In this document: positions 43,971 to 56,162 of the stretch, in pieces
Numbering within the stretch: position 1 is the first letter of the stretch
Layout: every line of letters starts with the position of its first letter
Assembly: GCA_025558095.1 (NCBI GenBank)
Contig: JAIVFI010000003.1
Span: 930,001-994,000, forward strand
Origin: Hyaloraphidium curvatum SAG 235-1
Lineage: Eukaryota > Fungi > Monoblepharomycota
DNA: 64,000 nucleotides
Direction of reading: 5' to 3'
Position numbers and translations under genes: made by a program
The notes under the pieces: model-generated
What the model saw: only the letters and a program-made list of their open reading frames with translations
The model's database searches: none
What the model was told of the DNA's origin: nothing

Positions 43971-46900
43971 ATGGCCGGTGAGGAGGCACAGCGCGTGCCG
44001 GGCGCGGACGAGGCTCACCCGCGCCCCCCCCCCGCCGCCTGTGCCGCTCCAGACGACTTCTACCGCCCGCCGTGGGCGCCTGACGATGAGGACGGGGAGG
44101 ACGAGGTGCCCATCGCGCAGGAGGAGGCGTGGGGCGTCATCCAGGCCTTCTTCGCCGACAAGGGCCTCGTGCGCCAGCAGCTGGACTCGTTCGACGAGTT
44201 CGTCATGAACTCGATCCAGGAGGTTGTGTCGGAGAGCATGCCGGTGACGCTCATCAAGGACGTGAGCGACGAGGAGCAGTTCAACGGGGACGTCGAGGCG
44301 CTGGTGGGTGCCCTGCTGCGGGCCACCCTCAACTCGGCCTGACCCCACTCCAGCGCCGGTACTCCATCAAGTTCGGCCAGGTGTACCTCACCCGTCCCCT
44401 CGTCAAGAACGACACGGGCGGGCACAAGCAGCTCTTTCCCCAGGAGGCTCGCCTGCGCAACCTCACCTACTCCTCGATGCTGTACGTCGAGATGCAGAAG
44501 CTGGTGCACACCCGCGTGCGGCATCTGGACGGCGACGAGCCCGGCCGCTGGGAGCTCGAGGGCGGGATCGAGCCGCCGCTGGAGAAGGTGTTCCTGGGGA
44601 GGGTGCCCATCATGCTGCGGAGCAAGTACTGCTCGCTCACGAGCCTGGAAGACGACAACCAGATGTACGAGGTCGGCGAGTGTCCGTTTGACCAGGTGAG
44701 CTGCCCCGGGTGAGCGGTTTTGCGGAACGGCGCGCCGACGCGTCTGCAGGGCGGCTACTTCATCATCAACGGGTCGGAAAAGGTCATCATCGCGCAGGAG
44801 CGCATGGCCACCAACCAGGTCTCGGTCTTCCAGAAGGCCCCGCCGTCGACGGCATCCTACACCGCCGAGGTCGTGTCGGTCTCGGAAAAGAGCGGCCGGA
44901 AGTCGTCCAAGCTCTACATGAAGATGATGTCCAAGGGCTCCAAGCTCGCGGGACGCGGCGCCGGCGACCCGACCGCGGGCCAGCAGAGCATCCGGACCTC
45001 GCTCCCCTACATCAAGGAGGACATCCCTATCGTGATCGTGTTCCGCGCCATGAACGTGGTGGCGGACAAGGACATCCTCGAGCACATCTGCTACGATTTC
45101 GCCGACTCGCAGATGCTCGAGCTGCTCCGGCCATCGATCGAGGAGGCCTTCGAGATCCAGGACCGCGAGACGGCCCTGGACTTCATCGCCAAGCGCGGCA
45201 ACATCCAGGGCGGCACGCCGCGGGACAAGCGGCTGCGGTACGCAGAGGACATCCTGACCAAGGAGATGCTGCCGCACATCGGCACCACGCCCGACATGCG
45301 GAGCCGCAAGGCGTGGTTCTTCGGGTACATGATCCACCGGATGCTGCTCGTCGCGCTGGAGCGGAGGGACCAGGACGATCGCGATCACTTTGGGCGCAAG
45401 CGGCTCGACTTTGCCGGGCCGCTGCTGACGTCGCTGTTCAGGCAGCTCTTCCGGCGCCTGCAGCAGGAGGTCAACAAGTACCTGAAGCAGACGCTGGAGA
45501 AGAACAAGGAGTTCAACGCGTCCCTGGCCATCCCCGGCAACATCGTCACCAAGGGCCTGCAGTACTCGCTTGCGACGGGCAACTGGGGCGACCAGCGCAA
45601 GTTCATGGAGGCCAAAGCCGGCGTGTCGCAGGTGCTCAACCGCTACACCTTCACCTCCACGCTGAGCCACCTGCGGCGCCTCAACACGCCCATCGGGCGC
45701 GAGGGCAAGCTCGCCAAGCCCCGGCAGCTGCACAACACGCACTGGGGCATGGTGTGCCCCGCCGAGACCCCCGAAGGCCAGGCCTGCGGGCTGGTCAAGA
45801 ACATGGCGCTCATGGCCTACGTCACGGTCGGCTCCCCCGCCGCGCCCATCCTCTCGTTCCTGAACGAGTGGGGCATGGAGGAGCTCGAGGACATCCAGCC
45901 GTCGCAGATCAAGTCGGCGACCAAGATCTTCGTCAACGGCATGTGGTGCGGGATCCACCGCGAGCCGGACGACCTCGTGACGACGCTGCGGAGGCTGCGG
46001 AGGACGGTGGACCTGAGCCCCGAGATTGCGATCGTGCGGGACATACGGGAGAAGGAGCTGCGGTTGTACACGGATGCGGGGCGGATATGCAGGCCGCTGT
46101 TTGTCGTCGAGGACATGGAGGTGCTCATGCGCAAGAAGCACTACCGCTGGCTCATGATCACCGTGGGTTGCTCGGCTGTACGCTAACTGGTCGTGGCTGA
46201 CGCATGCCGCGGCTCGCAGTCCCAGTACCCGGAGCAGGTCGGCGACGAGCCGTACAACTGGACGCGGCTCATCGGCAACGGCCTGATCGAGTACATCGAC
46301 ACGGAGGAGGAGGAAACGGTGCTCATCGCCATGACCATGGACGATCTCGTCAACGCCCGGCGCGCTTCGCAGGGCCTCGACCTCCTCCCCCGCACGTCCG
46401 GCGGTGTCACGGACCGTGTCAAGGGTACGACCGTCATCACCAAGTACTGGACGCACTGCGAGATCCACCCCAGCATGATCCTCGGCATCTGCGCGAGCAT
46501 CATCCCCTTCCCCGACCACAACCAATCCCCCCGCAACGTCTACCAGTCCGCCATGGGCAAGCAGGCCATGGGCATATACCTCACCAACTACCAGCTCCGC
46601 ATGGACACCATGGCCAACATCCTCTACTACCCGCAAAAGCCCCTCTGCACCACCCGCGCCATGGAGTACATGCGCTTCCGCGAGCTGCCCGCCGGGCAGA
46701 ACGCCATCGTCGCCATCGCGTGCTACTCTGGCTACAACCAGGAGGACTCGCTCATCATGAACCAGCACTCGATCGACCGCGGCCTGTTCCGCTCCTTCTA
46801 CTACCGCTCCTACATGGACAAGGAGGAGGCGCTGGGGATGAACCAGCTCTCCACGTTCGAGAAGCCGTCCCGCGAGACGACGCTCAAGATGCGCCAGGGC

Positions 46901-48057
46901 ACGTACGAGAAGCTGGACGAGGACGGGTTCTGCCCGCCCGGGACGCGCGTGACCGAAGGCGACATCATCGTCGGCAAGACGTCGCAGCTGCCCCCGGACG
47001 CGGTCGAATACGGCGCGAGGGTGGAGCGGCACGAGAAGAAGGACTCGAGCATGGCGATGAAGACCAACGAGACGGGTCTCATCGATCAGGTGCGTTGTTT
47101 TGTTCGCTTCGTGCGGTATCCATCTCATTGCTTTTCCAGGTCATGCTGACCGAGAACGACAATGGCGATCGCATGGTCAAGGTCCGCATCCGCTCGACCC
47201 GCGTCCCGCAGATGGGCGACAAGTTCGCCTCGCGGCACGGCCAGAAGGGCACGGTCGGGATCACCTACCGCGGCGAGGACATGCCGTTCACGGCCGAGGG
47301 CATCGTGCCCGACCTCGTCATCAACCCGCACGCCATCCCGTCGCGCATGACCATCGGCCACTTGGTCGAGTGCCTGCTGTCCAAGGTCGGCGCGCTGCTC
47401 GGCGACGAGGGCGACGCGACGCCCTTCACGGACGTCACGGTCGAGGGCATCTCGCAGGCGCTGTTCAAGTGCGGCTACCAGCAGCGCGGGTTCGAGGTCA
47501 TGTACAACGGCCACACGGGGAGGAAGCTGCAGGCCAACATCTTCCTCGGGCCGACGTACTACCAGCGCCTCAAGCACATGGTGGACGACAAGATCCACGC
47601 GCGAGCGCGGGGGCCCGTCACGATCCTGACGCGGCAGCCGGTGGAGGGTCGTTCGAGGGACGGTGGTCTCCGTTTCGGAGAGATGGAGCGCGATTGGTGG
47701 GTTTGCTTCCGTTGGAGGTCGCGATCGCAGCTGATTGCCCCCGCTCCACAGCATGATCTCCCACGGCGCGGCGCAGTTCCTCAAGGAACGGTTGTTCAAC
47801 GTCTCGGACGCCTACCGCGTGCACGTGTGCCAGATCTGCGGCCTCTTCGCCATCGCCAACATGAAAAAGAACACGTACGAGTGCCGGTCCTGCAGCAACA
47901 AGACCGAGATCGCGCAGGTCTGGATGCCGTACGCGGCGAAGCTGCTCTTCCAGGAGCTCATGGCGATGAACATCGCCCCGAGAAGTGAGTGCGCGCTGAT
48001 GGGCGATCTGGAGAGCTAGTCTAATGCGTTCTCGCAGTGTTCACGACCGAACAGTGA
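43971..48057 (+). CDS. RPB2: DNA-directed RNA polymerase II second-largest subunit
   Basis: Motifs [74 protein letters not shown] and [11 protein letters not shown]. Introns at 43978-44052, 44304-44353, 44696-44749, 46163-46219, 47090-47139, 47697-47751 and 47985-48037. Confidence 0.99.
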
Positions 48058-48275
48058 GGCAGTGCATGTAGATAGAGTGCTTCTTGTTCTCATGTGATCG
48101 GAATGAACGGATTCTCGTGCCTGCCTGGTCCGCGGAGAATCGGGTCATCGCAGATTGTCCGGCGGTTGCGGAGCGGAGGTCAGGTCGATTTTGCCGCCGC
48201 TAGTCAAACCCCGTTGTCTCCCCGCGCGGAATCACTCGCTGCGGAACCCTCCATTGAACTGCCAGAATCTACACG

Positions 48276-48650
48276 ATGAGCTTTCTCTCCAACGTTCCTG
48301 CCTCTCCCTTCCTCGCGCTCGTGGGCGTGGTTCACCTAATGCCGCTCGCCGGACTCTCCGGACGCGCCGCCCTCAGCCGCGGCTATGGGGTTGACATTGC
48401 GGACCCAGTCGTGGTCATGCTGATGCGTCACCGGGCAGCCTTGTTCGGCTGCGTGGGCGGACTGCTTCTTTACTCTGCGTACGAGCCGGAATCGAAAGTG
48501 CGCCGCGCCGCCCTCGGGGTCGGCTTCGCGTCAGTGGTCTCGTTCCTGTACCTCGCGCGGGGCATGGAACTTCCTAAGGAAGTGCAGCGCGTCGTGACGA
48601 TAGACTGGGCGATGCTGGGGGCCCTGGTGCTCGCTGCAGTGGGCAAGTGA
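48276..48650 (+). CDS. Small 4-TM protein resembling a bacterial membrane family
   Basis: Intronless 124-aa ORF with HLMP..G..L..GYG..I.DP...MLMRHRAALFG. Confidence 0.75.
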   Translation: MSFLSNVPASPFLALVGVVHLMPLAGLSGRAALSRGYGVDIADPVVVMLMRHRAALFGCVGGLLLYSAYEPESKVRRAALGVGFASVVSFLYLARGMELPKEVQRVVTIDWAMLGALVLAAVGK

Positions 48651-48727
48651 TTCGGACAATGACAGTACGGCACCCGCCTTGCACATCTACATCGATCTAT
48701 CGAGGCTTCTATGGAGCGTTGATGGCT

Positions 48728-50087
48728 CTACTTGCCAAGCATGTTGCTCCAGTGAAGGAACATGATCTCCTGCGTCACTTCCGGGGGCAGTTCGCCGATG
48801 CTCTGCCTCTCCATCCACCTCTTCCACCTCGCAACGTCCAGGATGTCGTCCAAGAGAAAGGGGTACGAGGGTCCACCACGTCTTCCCTTCCCCTTATGGC
48901 GCACCGAACTGCCGGGTGGTAGGGCCGGTTGCAGAAGAAGAGAACAAGGCGGACAAGCCCGCGAGCCTCCCTCAAGAGTGCCGAGGATCGAGATTCTCCC
49001 TTTGTTGGCGAGGATTCGGGCCACCGGCGGAGCATTTCAATCACCGAAGCGAGCTGCACGGCTCCACAGCCGTCACAGCGAGGAAGAACGAGGCGGAGCG
49101 TCCAGAAAAGCTGCGTTCTGCGCTGCCGTCCGACGAAGTACTCTGAGGGGACAACTGACAGCAGCTTGGAGACAAGTGCCGCGTCTGGCTTCAGGAGCCC
49201 ATGCCGGAGCAGAAGCGCAAAAGCTTGAGTGTCCACGAAGTTCCTGACCATGTCGTGCACGTACGACCTCAGGATGACGCGCTGGTCCTCAGACCCCGGG
49301 AAGAAGAACAAAAATCTTCGTACGAATGTTGCGCAGATTCCCTTGGATCTCCTCGAGACAAGTACAGGAGACGAGGGAAGAAGTCCTTGTGGTTTTCCAG
49401 ACTGACACGGTGACGATAGGTCTGTGGGTCCATGAGGCAGCTTATCCCAACGTGAACTTCTGGCTCGCCATCGAGGATGAAGGGAACGCTGGGAATCCGG
49501 ATTGTCCATCCGGTCATGTGATCCTCAACCAACGGATAATGCGGGAATTTGGCAAAGACGTGCTCCCACAAAATGCGGTAGCAGGCGCGAATCCTGTCCT
49601 CGACCATTCGCCGTTCTTCGTGATCCAACTCATTCTCAGCGTTTACAAGCCGCTTCAGACAGAAACAGGCCTCCGTTCGCTCTTTCATGATGAGGCGGAA
49701 CTCGAAGCCATCTACCGTGTGGCTCGACCTCGACTTCCGGCAAACCGTGACCAGAAACTCGACGACCTTATCGGCAAAGGAGTCCAACGCTATGTCCAGG
49801 CAGCTCTTGAGCGGCAGCCGGCCCACAACCTGCAACCATGCTTTCAGGAAGTCGCAACCTCCGGCACGGAATAGATTGGATCGTCCGAATCGGGATCGTA
49901 GTCGTCGTACTCGCTCTCGCTGAGGTTCCGCAGCTCCTTGCGCTTCTTCCTGGGGTCCTCGGCGTCCCCGACAATCCGCCCCAACGCGTCGGCGCTCCCG
50001 AGCGCCGCGGCGACGTAGACGGGCTGGACCGACTTGCGGGACAGGAAGTTGTGCATGCACGGCGGGACGTATTCCAAAGACCCCATG
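48728..50087 (-). pseudogene. Frameshifted helical-repeat (ankyrin-like) gene with C-terminal F-box-like motif
   Basis: Protein-like sequence passes through ORFs 49844..50170, 49269..50687, 48775..49509 and 48728..49024 with no introns joining them. It ends IGELPPEVTQEIMFLHW and is visibly less GC-rich than its neighbours. Confidence 0.5.
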
Positions 50088-50257
50088 TGCCGCGCGGGAG
50101 AGCGTTTCGAAGCCTCCAAGTGGGTTTGATTCGGGGTGTTTCCAACGGTTGGGACATGCCGCTTCGACACAAGTCAAGCGCTGGAACTCACCAGCTCTCC
50201 CCCAAGGGCAATAGATCACTTCCATCCACATAGAACCCATACACCCATGCATCCGGC

Positions 50258-51480
50258 TCAGAACCCAGCCGCACCCATGCTGCCCATGCTGCTCCCCACG
50301 TCGATCCCAAAGTCCCCTCCCCCCATGCCCGCCGCCACCGCCCCTCCCGCCGACGTCGCCGCCGCCGTGCCGCCCGCGTACCCTGCCGCCGCCCCGCTGC
50401 CGACGTTGGCCGCGACGGCCCCCGAGGTCCCGTCGGCGGCCTTGGCGTCGGCGGCGGCCTGCGCGGCGGCCATCTGCGCCGGGGCGGCGGAGGCTCGGAG
50501 GACGTAGTAGAAGATGAAGGCGGCGGCGATGAGGGAGATGAGGAAGAGGGCGATGAAGAAGGAGTAGCAGTCGTAGAGCTAGGAAGCGGCGCGAGTCAAT
50601 CCCATGAGTCGCGGGCTGCACCGGAACAACCCACAGTTCCGATCGGGGGGATGCCAGGGTTGCTGTTGCGCAGCGCCGGCAGCGCAAACACGAGGGCGAT
50701 GGCCAGCGCGAGAATGGGCGCCTCGACTCTGTGTTTGGACCACGCCGAGTCGATGAAGAGCAGGGTCACGGCCAGGGCCAGGACCCAGGAGATGATGCAG
50801 GTGAACATGGCGTAGACCTTGACGGTCGTCAGGCGCGAGATCGAGATGGTCGTGCTCACGGAGAGGTCGCCGGCGCCGGGGACGGGGAGCACGGAAGTGG
50901 TGACCGAGAGCGTGGCCACGTTGTTGATGAACTGGATGCCGACCGGGATGACCAGCGACGGGTCGTTGAAGCCGTACGCCCGCACGGTGAAGGTCGCCGA
51001 CGAAACGTCAAAGGGGAACATGTTGACGTCGCCGGCGACGTTGACGGCCGTGTCGTAGGGCAGGATCGGAATCGGCATGCCGACGAGCCACCACCACTTG
51101 CGCAGTATGTTGTCCATCTCGACGGAAATGTTCTGGCTCGGCGTGTTCTGCTCCGCCCGGAAGCGGCCTTCGGGGAAAGTGCGGACCGACATCAGGATGC
51201 GATGGTTCACCAGGTCCGCTCCGATCATCCGCAGTGTCAGCCGGATCCGGTCCGGCGTGTCGGGCAAATACGACTCCACCGATGTGTACTCGTCGGACGC
51301 GGTCGTGCGGTACGTGACCACGCTCACGGTGACAAAGACGAGAAGCACGGTGGCCAGGAGGACGAGCTGAAGCAGCGGGTTCCTGACCCATCGCTTCACC
51401 CTGACCTTCCATGGCTCGTGCGGGGCGGGCGCGGCGGCGTCGACCGAGGCGGCCTTTTTGTTTCCCGTGTCGTTGCCCAT
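50258..51480 (-). CDS. DUF4436-like membrane protein (candidate ion-channel fold)
   Basis: N-terminal TM, beta-rich ectodomain with MFPFD, then three TMs including LVFALPALRNSNPGIPPIGT|LYD; intron 50579-50634. Confidence 0.8.
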
Positions 51481-51741
51481 AGTCCAGCGTCGGGCGGGCA
51501 CAGAAGATGGGCCGCCGTTGTCGCCCCTCCCGTACGCCCCGCCGCCCGCGCTGTCCGCTGCCTGCTAGGAGACAGACGGATCGACTGCGCGTGGGCGCCG
51601 GACGGCGGCCGCCGGTCCAGATAGCGAAGCTCCGCGGCGGCGGCAGATGTGCCGCGACCCGCCCGCGCGCGTCGTCACGCCCGCCCATTGGAATCCGATC
51701 GCGATTTCACCGCCGAATCTAACACGGCAGGCGAGCAGAAA

Positions 51742-52968
51742 ATGGAACACGACGCGTCGTTTCTGGCCGATCTCCAGTCGGCGGTGGTGATCAACGCGGC
51801 CGGAACGCTGTCACGTCTTGGTGGTGCCCTCGTGTCTCCCGCCGTCGCCGTGGCGATGGCGTCCGCCGCCACGCGTTCCTTCGACATGCCAAGGCTCCAT
51901 GCGGCAGCCAGCTGCGCCATTTCGCGTGCCACGGGCGCAGAAGCGGGATTGGTGACTCCCGGCGCGTCCGCCGCCCTCACACTGGCGGCAGCCGCCTGCA
52001 TGGCCGGCCTGGACCCTGCGGAAATTGCCGCGCTGCCTTCTCCTCCGCGATCGGGACGCAACGAGATCCTGATCGCAGTCACGCACCGCAACGGCTACGA
52101 TCGCGCGTTCCGGGTGGCCGGGGCAAAGCTCATCCATGTCGGAACGAACGACCGCGGGACGGATTGCGGCATTCGAGGGCCAGAACCCTGGGAGTATGCG
52201 GCGCAGATAACGCCCCGGACGGCCGCCATCGCCTTTGTCGCGTTCCCGGACTCCATGTTCGATCTGCCGGGGGTTGTGCGCGCCGCCAAGGCCGCCGGCG
52301 TCCCCGTGATCGTGGACGCGGCGGCGCAGCTCCCGCCCCTTTCCAACCTCAGGCTGTTCTGGGACCTCGGCTGCGACCTCGTCGCCTTCAGCGGCGGCAA
52401 GGCGATCGGCGGCCCGCAGGGATCGGGGATCCTGTGCGGGAGGCGGGACCTCGTCGCCAGCGCCTTTTTGCAGATGGTGGACATGGACGTGCTCGTGCAC
52501 CCCGTCAGCGGGTGGGTCCCGCCGCCGGAGTTCGTTCCCGATCCTTCGGTTTTGCGCGGCGCGGTGCCGCGTCATGGCGTCGGGAGGGGGCTGAAGGTCG
52601 GCAAGGAGCAGGTGGTCGGGCTCATCGTTGCGCTGGAGGAGTTTGTCGCGCGGGACGAGGCCTCGTGGCGCCGGACGGTGTGCGAGCGGCTGCGCAGGAT
52701 CGCGGGGGATGGGCTGCCCGGGTTCGAGGTGCGGATCAGGAACGCGGAGGGCGGGCCGATCCCGGTGGCGGAGGTCGACGTCGGCGGGGCCGAGGCCGCA
52801 CTGGCGCTCGTGGGTGCGCTGTTGGCCCGCGATCGGCCGGTGCACGTCGACGCAGGGGATGTGCGCTGGGGAAAAATCGCGATCAACCTCGCCGCCGTGG
52901 CAAGCGAGGAGGACGAGGAGCTGGCAAGGGCCTTGAGGGAGGCAGCTGCGGGCTTGGCCATCAAGTAA
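51742..52968 (+). CDS. SelA/DgaE-like PLP-dependent enzyme
   Basis: Motifs VINAAGTLSRLGGA, VIVDAAA, FSGGKAIGGPQGSG (PLP lysine) and GRGLKVGKEQVVGL; intronless. Confidence 0.88.
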   Translation: MEHDASFLADLQSAVVINAAGTLSRLGGALVSPAVAVAMASAATRSFDMPRLHAAASCAISRATGAEAGLVTPGASAALTLAAAACMAGLDPAEIAALPSPPRSGRNEILIAVTHRNGYDRAFRVAGAKLIHVGTNDRGTDCGIRGPEPWEYAAQITPRTAAIAFVAFPDSMFDLPGVVRAAKAAGVPVIVDAAAQLPPLSNLRLFWDLGCDLVAFSGGKAIGGPQGSGILCGRRDLVASAFLQMVDMDVLVHPVSGWVPPPEFVPDPSVLRGAVPRHGVGRGLKVGKEQVVGLIVALEEFVARDEASWRRTVCERLRRIAGDGLPGFEVRIRNAEGGPIPVAEVDVGGAEAALALVGALLARDRPVHVDAGDVRWGKIAINLAAVASEEDEELARALREAAAGLAIK

Positions 52969-53819
52969 GGCACATAGCCAGAAGTAGAACGATGATGCAA
53001 TAGGACCTATTGTACTCGGCAGCACGCGAAAGCTCTGCCGTGCTGGACAATCGATATGTCGGAAAACTAGTAAACAGCGATGGAATGGACAGGGCTCAGC
53101 GGACATGGCAATGGGCCGGGAGGCGAAGTAGGGTATGAGGATGGAGATACCGGCCTCGGGGGCGTGGATGGAAAGCGGGAGGAAGACGTCGGGCGGGTGC
53201 GGTTGTGTTGCAACCGCCCGGTGAGAGAGAGTAGAGCACAATGGGCTCCAGCGCAGCTCGGGAGAGAGGGCCAATCGTGTGGAATAGGGGCCGGCGGAGA
53301 AGTTTGGAGGTAAACAGCGCATGATCTGCCGTCATGCCGCCTCCGGGATCTACTCCGTTAGCTGTCGACGCCCACGCCAACCAGGGCGCCGCTCTGTACG
53401 ATCGGGAAACACCATTCCGTAAGCGATGTACCGCTTGCGCCCGTCTTTTGGACCTTGTGACCCGGCAAGCAGAGGCAAGTCGTCGCCATCGCGACGATGG
53501 CCCTTCGTCGCTTTGTCACAAGGCAGATCTCGTTCGTCCACCTCCCATGCCGCGACCCATATTGATGTGAGAAGAGTTCTTGGGCATGCTGGAATCAGGT
53601 CTCTTGCTCGCCAATGGCGTTGTGACGAGCTTGCATCCGCGGACCGGACAGTGCAGCGCGGGTGCGGGCGGTGGTGATGATCCAACTCTTTTCGGTCGGC
53701 CGTAGCACTGGCCTGCATGAACGGTGGGGTTCACAGATTTTCCGCTCGCGGTGTTGCGCGAGCGCCTGACCTGGACCCGCGAACGCTCCCTCCGGAGTTC
53801 GGGCGGGCTTCGGTCAGAA

Positions 53820-56162
53820 ATGTCGCCGCCTTCCCGGCCTTTCCGCCCCTTACGGGCGGCGATCGCTTTCATCCTGATCTCAGCCGTCTTCGTTCCCGCG
53901 CGCGCCGGCTGCCCCGCGGCGACAGTCCGCCTGCGAGCCGCCCCGCAGCCGAATGAGCTCCCGCGGCGCGTCGTCGCCAACCGCGACGCTTCCATCGCCC
54001 CGCTCGACTATTTCTTCATGCCCGAAGACGGGAACCTCGGCGCCGGCGCGTTCGGCTCCGTCAGCGTAGGCCAGCTCAAGGGAGCAAGGCCGACAGGGCT
54101 TACCGAGGGCGAAGACTACCTCCGCGAGTTCGCGATAAAGTATCAAAAGTGGTACTCCCCTCCAATCGATGCTTGGGCCGAGAACTTGACGGCCTACGCC
54201 TCATTTTCGGAAGTTCACCTGGTAAGCATACCCTAGGGCCCCCGGCGGCGCAGCCGCGCTTGACCCTTGTGCCGAAGATGAGGCAGGTGGCCGGCGGGCC
54301 TTACCTCGCCAAGTTCTGGGGCAACTGGAGCGTTGCCCCGTGCACCCATCGCGGCGTGCGTAAGTTGCACTCGTTTAGCATCGCCCTCACGAAGGCCGCG
54401 ACGACGCTCGACAAGGAGGCCAGGGAGCGGGCCAACGCCAAGTTTTTCCCCCGCCAGTCTGGCGGCATCCCCGAGGCCGACGTGAAGAAGATCGTGGCGC
54501 AGATTGCGGTCGCCGTCGGCTGGCTGCACCAGAACGGCATCATCCACCGCGACCTCAAAATGCCCAACATCCTGCTGGACGGCGCAGGCAGAGTAATGCT
54601 TGGGGACTTCGGGTGCGCGATCAGGAACTCGGATATTCTCACGGGGAGGCCGCCTGAGATGCCAGAAGTCCGCGCCCGTATGAGCCCCCTGCGAAAGTGA
54701 GGCGAGAGGCTGTTGCCTGACCCTCATCCTGCGCACGCAGCTCCGTCCTGCGACATCTCCATCGTCGCGCCCGAAAGCATGCAAATCGTACCATTCCGTC
54801 GCGTTCCGGCCAACAGGGGCAAGCCTTTCTGTACGTCCCGCATCTCGTTGCACCGCGTCCCCGCCTCACAACGCCCAAAGACGACGCGTCGATCGACTGG
54901 TGGGCCCTTGGAGTGGTCACGTGGCAGATGCTCGCAGGCAACCCCCACAGCGACTCGCAAGCCCTCTTCAAGTTTAGCCCCCGAAGCCCAAACTGGATAC
55001 CGTACTGGAGGGGCCAGTTCGGAAAACCGCCCCCGCCCACGAAAGAGTGGATTAAACGTTCACGACTGGATTTCGTCGCCAGCGACGGGGCCAAGGGCTT
55101 TATTTTGGCCCTACTAAACCCGGACCCCGCCAGGCGGCTGGGGAGCTACCAGGCCGAAGGCCGCAAAGGTAGCATAGCCTGGCGGCCACGCCGAACGACG
55201 CTCAGCTGATCGGTACCCACGCAGGCTGGCACGCCATCCTGTGCCACCCCTGGCTCCGGGATGTCGACGAAGCCGCCATCATCCGGGACGGCGAAGCCGC
55301 CGCGCGGGAGGCCAACGCCCCGCTGGTCTGGCGCACGAGGGACGGCAAGCCGCCGGATCCCAAGCGGGACCTGATCGCGCAGCTCGGGCCAGCGGAAGAG
55401 CCACCTTCCGTAGCGGAGCTGGCCAGACAGATCGAGGAAGAGCCCGTGGTGGTCAGCACTGTGGTCGAGGAGGCGAGGCAGTATTCGCCGACTGCCGAAC
55501 AGGTTCAGACTCGGCCGCAGAGCGCAGACCGGGGCGGCTCCCACTCGAATGGCGGGGAGGAGGGCGCGGGAGCGCGGACGTCAGACCGTGACGAGGGATC
55601 CGTCAGCAGCTCTGACGATTCCACGTTAGCGTACTCGCAGAACCTACCTCCGCGGCCATCCGGCGACGGATCCGCATCCGGCGGAGATTCAGACGACTCC
55701 TCTCTCTCATACACGCAGGACCTTCCCCCCGGACCGCCGAGCCGTAGACCGGCCTCTGGCAGGCCCACCTCCGGAATGCGCAACTCCCACGGCGGGCGGC
55801 CGCACAGGCACACGGGCGGTTCCGGCGAATCCGAAGGCAGCTCTCCGTACAGCCAGGATCTCCCTCCAATCGTGAGCGACGGATCGTCTTCCTCCGGGGG
55901 ACCCGGGTCCGAGAGGGCATCGCAAGGGAGGGTGCCTTCCGGCCGCCCAGAGAGCGCATCCCGCGGCCGCGTGGGCTCGACGAGTGGCGGCGGCGGATCC
56001 GGGGGACCCTCGCGGGGGCGCCGCCCGAAGCCGTCGAAGCCTCCGCCGAGCGAGGCGTACGGGGCCGCAGAAGATGGCGGGGACGACGGCGACGCTCCGC
56101 CGGGCAGCTCGGCGTACGACGGGCCCATTGAGGAGGATTCGCTAGGCAGATTGACGATTTGA
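53820..56162 (+). CDS. Ser/Thr protein kinase with N-terminal signal peptide and low-complexity tail
   Basis: Motifs LGAGAFGSV, AIK, HRDLKMPNILL, DFG, APE, IDWWALGV and HPW. Introns at 54222-54277, 54678-54740, 54831-54880 and 55169-55224. Confidence 0.85.

Noticed and set aside
51742-52968. True selenocysteine synthase implying a bacterial Sec system
   Set aside because: It lacks the SelA N-terminal tRNA-binding extension, its motifs fit the DgaE-like group, and no tRNA-Sec, selB or selD is visible.
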